This document shows positions 26,229-30,122 of a stretch of DNA of 30,122 bases, piece by piece. Origin of the DNA: a virus (lineage: Duplodnaviria > Caudoviricetes); IMG/VR virus record IMGVR_UViG_3300020592_000114, positions 1 to 30,122 of that record, one strand, 5' to 3'. The position numbers and the translations under genes are program-made. Under the pieces are notes generated by a model. It ran no database searches. It had not been told where the DNA came from and worked only from the letters and a program-made list of their open reading frames with translations. Each line of letters starts with the position of its first letter. Positions within the stretch are counted from its first letter, which is position 1.

Positions 26229-26729
26229 TCAGGATGACTTCGGGAGTTTGCGGCCCATGCGCCTCAGGGCCTTGAGAACTGTGGTGTGATCCCGGCCACC
26301 GAACTCCCTCCCTATCTGGACCAAGGAAAGATCAGGCCGCAGATCGTAGGCTAAGGCCAAGGCCTTGAAGCGTGCTTCGACCACATGCCGTTCCCGGCGC
26401 GGGCCCTTTATCTCCTGGACCGACACCCCATGCTTCTCCGACACCCGGCGAATTATTTCCGAGACGGGTATGCGGTCGGTAATGTTCTCTAAAGCGATGT
26501 TAAGCTCTTCGGCAGATTTAGCTGCGGGGCTAGAAATCAACGACTCCCTAATGCTGGCCCGGAGCTTGTCATTCTCCCTCTCCAGCTCGGAGATACGATC
26601 TCGTAAGGTGGAAAGCTCCACCTCGAACATCTGCTCCATTGCTTGCTTCTGCTTCAGCCGAGCCCGGGCGAGGAAACCGGGGGCGTAGCCGCTATTCGTT
26701 ACAAACGTGTCGTGATTGTAGTCTCTCAT
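26229..26729 (-). CDS. Phage protein with DnaA C-terminal (domain IV-like) HTH
   Basis: I...V....GVS..EI.G.RR....V.AR...SL.QIG..FGGRDHTTVL.A; TAATG coupling gives start MRDYNH. Confidence 0.85.
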   Translation of the reverse strand: MRDYNHDTFVTNSGYAPGFLARARLKQKQAMEQMFEVELSTLRDRISELERENDKLRASIRESLISSPAAKSAEELNIALENITDRIPVSEIIRRVSEKHGVSVQEIKGPRRERHVVEARFKALALAYDLRPDLSLVQIGREFGGRDHTTVLKALRRMGRKLPKSS

Positions 26730-27256
26730 TAGGCCGTCTCCGCTCGTCTCGCTTGATACCTTTCCCACACGTGCCTCTTTGCCTCGTACCGTCGCTCTCT
26801 CAGCCACCGAGCAAGAGAGGGGATGAATTTTGACCGCTCCCGATATGTCGGGTCGAATGAAGGGGGTAAGCTGCCCTTCAGCCACTCCGCGGCCTGGAAG
26901 ATCAGTTCGTGATCGCGCTTCGGAGCCTTTTCAAAGGCATCAAGAGCACTGGCGAAATCTTCGGCATCCTTGATGGGATAGACATTCCAGAGGCGCAGGA
27001 ACGCTGCTGGCGCTTGCTCATCTCGTTCGCAGCGAATGTCGTGGTCACGTATCCATTCCGGCTTGAACCCGCGCCAGCCGCGCAGGATCATCTCATCAGC
27101 CGCCTCGTTCGGATCTCGGCAGCGAGCGAACTGCTTAGCCAAGAGCCGCGCCGCGTGTGGCGTGAGCTTTGCCTTGATGGCCTTGCGGTGCTCTATGACA
27201 GCTTGCGCATGTTCTTCGTCTAGGACGGCGCAAAGCTCGGTGAGTGCATCCGTCAT
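26729..27256 (-). CDS. Replication-initiator C-terminal-like protein
   Basis: HRK..K..LT..AA...GW.GFK.EW and F...W..YP.K....FIP...RWL...RY patterns; ATGA coupling. Confidence 0.65.
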   Translation of the reverse strand: MTDALTELCAVLDEEHAQAVIEHRKAIKAKLTPHAARLLAKQFARCRDPNEAADEMILRGWRGFKPEWIRDHDIRCERDEQAPAAFLRLWNVYPIKDAEDFASALDAFEKAPKRDHELIFQAAEWLKGSLPPSFDPTYRERSKFIPSLARWLRERRYEAKRHVWERYQARRAETA

Positions 27257-27501
27257 CCCGACACCTCCTCGCTGAGGGCGGCGTTGATCATGGCAACCCA
27301 TGTATCAGAGATGCCCTTATCCTCTCCGGTTCGGGCATCCCAATCCATCAGGGCGGCATAGCCATCCTCAACCATTCCACGAGTAGGCTCCCGCATAGCC
27401 TCTATTGCCGCGCGGGCCGCCTCTTCATAAGAAGTAAATTCCTGCCGCAATACGACTTCCTCAATCGCCTCAGCGACCTTCTCAATCATGCTCTGTGTCA
27501 T
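27253..27501 (-). CDS. Small conserved-type phage protein
   Basis: ARAAIEAMREPT..M ... W.AMI.AAL motif. Confidence 0.75.
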   Translation of the reverse strand: MTQSMIEKVAEAIEEVVLRQEFTSYEEAARAAIEAMREPTRGMVEDGYAALMDWDARTGEDKGISDTWVAMINAALSEEVSG

Positions 27502-27683
27502 GCTGCATCCCTCCTTGCGGCGCGCTCGAACATGCTTGCTGCCTGCTCAAGCACAGCCAGTTCTCTCTTCCGTGTTTCAACTTCGTGCTGGGGGCGTTTG
27601 GAGCCGTGATCCGCGATCCACGCCTTCTTGCTCCAGGCGAGCTTTTGAAGCTCCAGCGCCATCTCCTCGTGGGGGATCTTCAT
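27498..27683 (-). CDS. Hypothetical protein
   Basis: ATGA coupling on both sides. Confidence 0.7.
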   Translation of the reverse strand: MKIPHEEMALELQKLAWSKKAWIADHGSKRPQHEVETRKRELAVLEQAASMFERAARRDAA

Positions 27684-28039
27684 GAGGCCTCCGCGATTTC
27701 TATGCGGACAACCCCACCTTTACGGGGCTCACCCCAGCGGATGACACCGGGGCGGAAATTGCTGTCATCCACGCCAAGGGCATCGGCAATGCCGTCGAAA
27801 TATGCCTTGCACGAGCTTACGGCTCCGTCCCAATCCCTGCGCCTCTTGTCGGGAGGGAAGAACGTGAGGAAAACCACCAGAGGCTTTGCCTTACGCATTG
27901 GCTTTACGCCCGCCGCCCTTGCCCACCAGGCGGCGTCTTCCCTTGCCTGCTTCGTAGCCTTCGCACGCGCAGCCCAGTGCACCCGAGAGTTCGGATGAAG
28001 TGCTCGTGGCGGGAACGGGAGTTCAACTGTTATGCCCAA
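27680..28039 (-). CDS. rusA: RusA-like Holliday junction resolvase
   Basis: LP.PP..L.PN.R.HW, F.PPD.RRRD.D, K...DG.ADALG.DD..F. Confidence 0.8.
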   Translation of the reverse strand: MGITVELPFPPRALHPNSRVHWAARAKATKQAREDAAWWARAAGVKPMRKAKPLVVFLTFFPPDKRRRDWDGAVSSCKAYFDGIADALGVDDSNFRPGVIRWGEPRKGGVVRIEIAEAS

Positions 28040-28065
28040 GGAACCGCCCTCCCCGCTCCGCGTTG

Positions 28066-28173
28066 ATGCGCATGGCCATCATTGCCGTGGTTGAAAAGGG
28101 GCTTGATCCTGAAAAGGCGCGAAAGGCCTTCGTGGAAGCTGCCAAGGAGTCGGGCATTCTGATCTCGGAATGA
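28066..28173 (+). pseudogene. DUF982-like C-terminal fragment or mini-gene
   Basis: MRMAIIAVVEKGLDPEKARKAFVEAAKESGILISE resembles the DUF982 C-terminal AR.AF..AA.E.GIL motif. Confidence 0.45.
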
Positions 28174-28175
28174 GG

Positions 28176-28772
28176 TCATGCCGCCCTCCTCATCTCGCGC
28201 GGGCAGTTCGCCTCAAATACTGCGCGGGCAAAACCCATCGGCGTAGCTGATCGGAAATTTGCTCGATGGGGGCCTGGGGGAGCCTTGTGGATTCGGTCGT
28301 CCGGCGCACCCGCATCGCGAAGAGGGAACGGATCCGGCATGATGAAGCCGTTACCAGTCCAGAGGCAGGTCTTTTTCGTATAGTTGTCAGTGGGCTCGAA
28401 CCCGGAAAACTCGTGCGGATGGAAAATGTGATCTGGCGTCCGCCAGTAGCTGCTGAACGTCGAGATTGGGTTCTCGATCATCCAGGGAGCCCCAGCCCAC
28501 TCACAAATGTCGCGGGCGCGCTCCAGAAGCTCTATTGCAGATGCAAGGCCAGCCAACCCCTTGTCCTTGAACCAGCGCGCGCCTGATACCGCCACATTGG
28601 TGCAGGGGGGGAAGGCAAAGACGATCTGATATTCCCGGCGCGGCGGCAGCCACCGGAGGACGTCCGTCCCGTCGCGCTGTATGTCAACGCAAAGAGTATC
28701 AAACCCGGCCTCGGCCCATGGCTTGACCATGTTTCCCGTATAATCGAACAGGGACAAAACAAGTTTTCCCAT
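28176..28772 (-). CDS. Short Dcm-like C5-cytosine methyltransferase homologue
   Basis: VLSLFD.TG (motif I-like), FPPCT (IV), IENP (VI), R..TP.GFA.A (X). Confidence 0.75.
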   Translation of the reverse strand: MGKLVLSLFDYTGNMVKPWAEAGFDTLCVDIQRDGTDVLRWLPPRREYQIVFAFPPCTNVAVSGARWFKDKGLAGLASAIELLERARDICEWAGAPWMIENPISTFSSYWRTPDHIFHPHEFSGFEPTDNYTKKTCLWTGNGFIMPDPFPLRDAGAPDDRIHKAPPGPHRANFRSATPMGFARAVFEANCPREMRRAA

Positions 28773-28781
28773 ACCTATACC

Positions 28782-28895
28782 TCAGAACCACGGCCCAATA
28801 ATCCAGACCCAGACAGCAGCCGCCCACACAGCATGGACAGCCACACAGGCAGTAAGGACGCCCAAGAAGTTCCAGTTTGTTCGCGGTCTGCACAT
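28782..28895 (-). CDS. 37-aa single-TM peptide
   Basis: Manually translated MCRPRTNWNFLGVLTACVAVHAVWAAAVWVWIIGPWF; SD GAGG. Confidence 0.55.
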   Translation of the reverse strand: MCRPRTNWNFLGVLTACVAVHAVWAAAVWVWIIGPWF

Positions 28896-28949
28896 GGAAT
28901 GTTCCCTCGTATGGACAGCTTCCGGGTGGGGGGGGGTGAGCGGGGAGGG

Positions 28950-29150
28950 CTAGGTCTTCTCCACGATGACCGCTCCTATGAGCCCAGAGAGGCCTGCGAC
29001 CAGCAGCAGGACCAGAATGAGAACAGCCATATGGACCGTTCCGCCCAATAGAACCGCTACCGCGAACACGGCTGCAGATCCGCAAATCAGAACGATCATT
29101 GCGAGTAGTGTTAGAATGCCGAACGTGCTCAGAAATTTAGATGACGGCAT
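28950..29150 (-). CDS. Small two-TM membrane protein
   Basis: Strong SD GGAGG; hydrophobic. Confidence 0.65.
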   Translation of the reverse strand: MPSSKFLSTFGILTLLAMIVLICGSAAVFAVAVLLGGTVHMAVLILVLLLVAGLSGLIGAVIVEKT

Positions 29151-29583
29151 GATCCCCCTCCTCTTCCTTTGCTTCGGAGAGCTTGGAGTCGATGAGGGCG
29201 AGCGTGGCGTCTATTGCATCAATGGCGTCTACAACACGAGTGGTCTCGTGTAGGTCACCGTTCGTCAGAATGCTCCGAACCTTTTCCAGCGCCGTTATAG
29301 AACCGCTCCGCTGCGGGGCCGGGTAGGCTTGATTGCACAATGCGTCAGCAACAAGCTGCGCCTGCTTCATCGTGGGGAATGTCATGAACCATTCCCCAGC
29401 GACAAGGCGGTCATGAGGATTGTTCTCGCGTGCGGCGGTTGTACCAACTACCCCAGGCATTTTCGCCGGCGCTACGAAAACGGCAGGTTTTCCGTGCGCG
29501 GTGCCGGTACCTACGACCCAATTTCCTTGGCCAAACTCAGCCGCCGGCTTCCCGGCATTGGCTACCGATCTGAGATTAATCAT
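29137..29583 (-). CDS. Hypothetical early protein
   Basis: ATGA coupling with the upstream gene. Confidence 0.7.
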   Translation of the reverse strand: MINLRSVANAGKPAAEFGQGNWVVGTGTAHGKPAVFVAPAKMPGVVGTTAARENNPHDRLVAGEWFMTFPTMKQAQLVADALCNQAYPAPQRSGSITALEKVRSILTNGDLHETTRVVDAIDAIDATLALIDSKLSEAKEEEGDHAVI

Positions 29584-30053
29584 TGGAATGCTCCGTCAAT
29601 TCCGGCGCTATTTCGTCCGCCCATCGCGTTCTTTGCTTGGCTATGCGGTACCACCGTTTGGCCAAGCGATATCGGATCCGCCACGGCAAGAGCCTTCTCA
29701 AGGTGCTCCAGCCGCCCCAGGATTTCTTTTCGTTCACGCTTCAGTTCCTCAATTTGCGCCCTCTTGAGAGCGTCGAGTTCTGCACCATCAACTCGTCGTG
29801 CCGTCCCTTCGTGAAGGGTGCGGACGCGGCGCATCGTGAATTCGCGCTGGATACGCGTCTCCACAAGCGGTTTCATGAAACGATAGGCCTCATAAAGCGC
29901 GGCCTCTACCTTCCCGTACCGCTTTACCGGGAAGGCCTTCCGAAACAGATCTTGTGCATACGCAACGTCACTCATTTTCTTGTCCGTGTTTGACAAGCTC
30001 TTGTCGTGCTTTCGCAACACCTTGTCCGTCCTTCCGTCTACATTGCCCCACAT
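29580..30053 (-). CDS. Putative CII-like transcriptional regulator; start uncertain (30053, 29975 or between)
   Basis: HTH-like T.RRVR....G.ARR.D..E followed by a coiled coil; first visible gene of the early operon. Confidence 0.55.
   Translation of the reverse strand: MWGNVDGRTDKVLRKHDKSLSNTDKKMSDVAYAQDLFRKAFPVKRYGKVEAALYEAYRFMKPLVETRIQREFTMRRVRTLHEGTARRVDGAELDALKRAQIEELKRERKEILGRLEHLEKALAVADPISLGQTVVPHSQAKNAMGGRNSAGIDGAFQ
29979..30048 (+). promoter_or_regulatory. Helically phased TTG(T/A/C)C repeats, possible pRE-like operator
   Basis: CTTGTC at 29979, 30000 and 30021; TTGACA at 29990; TTGCCC at 30043. Confidence 0.5.
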
Positions 30054-30122
30054 GGACAGGACGATTTTGGACAGAGATGGGGAAACACTTGCCGAGGCCG
30101 CGCAGCGCTTGATGGCAGTCAT

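Larger units (their letters stand above)
12..30122 (-). mobile_element. Temperate prophage, P22-like podovirus organisation; continues beyond the right edge
   Basis: Co-oriented terminase, portal, scaffold, capsid, tail, ejection and lysis genes; no tape measure or sheath gene; att-like tRNA fragment at the left end. Confidence 0.95.

Overview
About 30 kb of an integrated temperate prophage with a short-tailed (P22-like podovirus) gene order, probably from an alphaproteobacterial (Rhizobiales-like) host; the host is inferred from GC content, gene families and promoter style. Almost all genes are on the minus strand. Reading from the right end they are: CII-like and early genes, a Dcm-like methylase, a RusA-like nuclease, replication and DnaA-C-domain genes, a regulator in the Q position, and a late promoter with an adjacent terminator. 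Then come a ~560-nt densely structured non-coding stretch, small ORFs, terS-terL, portal, an Ig-domain protein, scaffold, major capsid, tail adaptor/nozzle, a GNAT-like protein, ejection proteins (with an inserted HNH-AP2 gene), a virion muralytic protein and tail fibres. The left end carries the lysis cassette and a metallophosphoesterase, and ends in a 21-bp tRNA 3'-end fragment (probable att core). Several small plus-strand genes, mostly membrane proteins plus an HNH nuclease, are inserted antisense into the late operon. The strongest novelty candidate is the structured RNA after the late promoter, which contains two sequence-unrelated three-way junctions with complementary (kissing) loops. 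All family calls come from motif recognition and synteny by eye; no database search or folding program was run.
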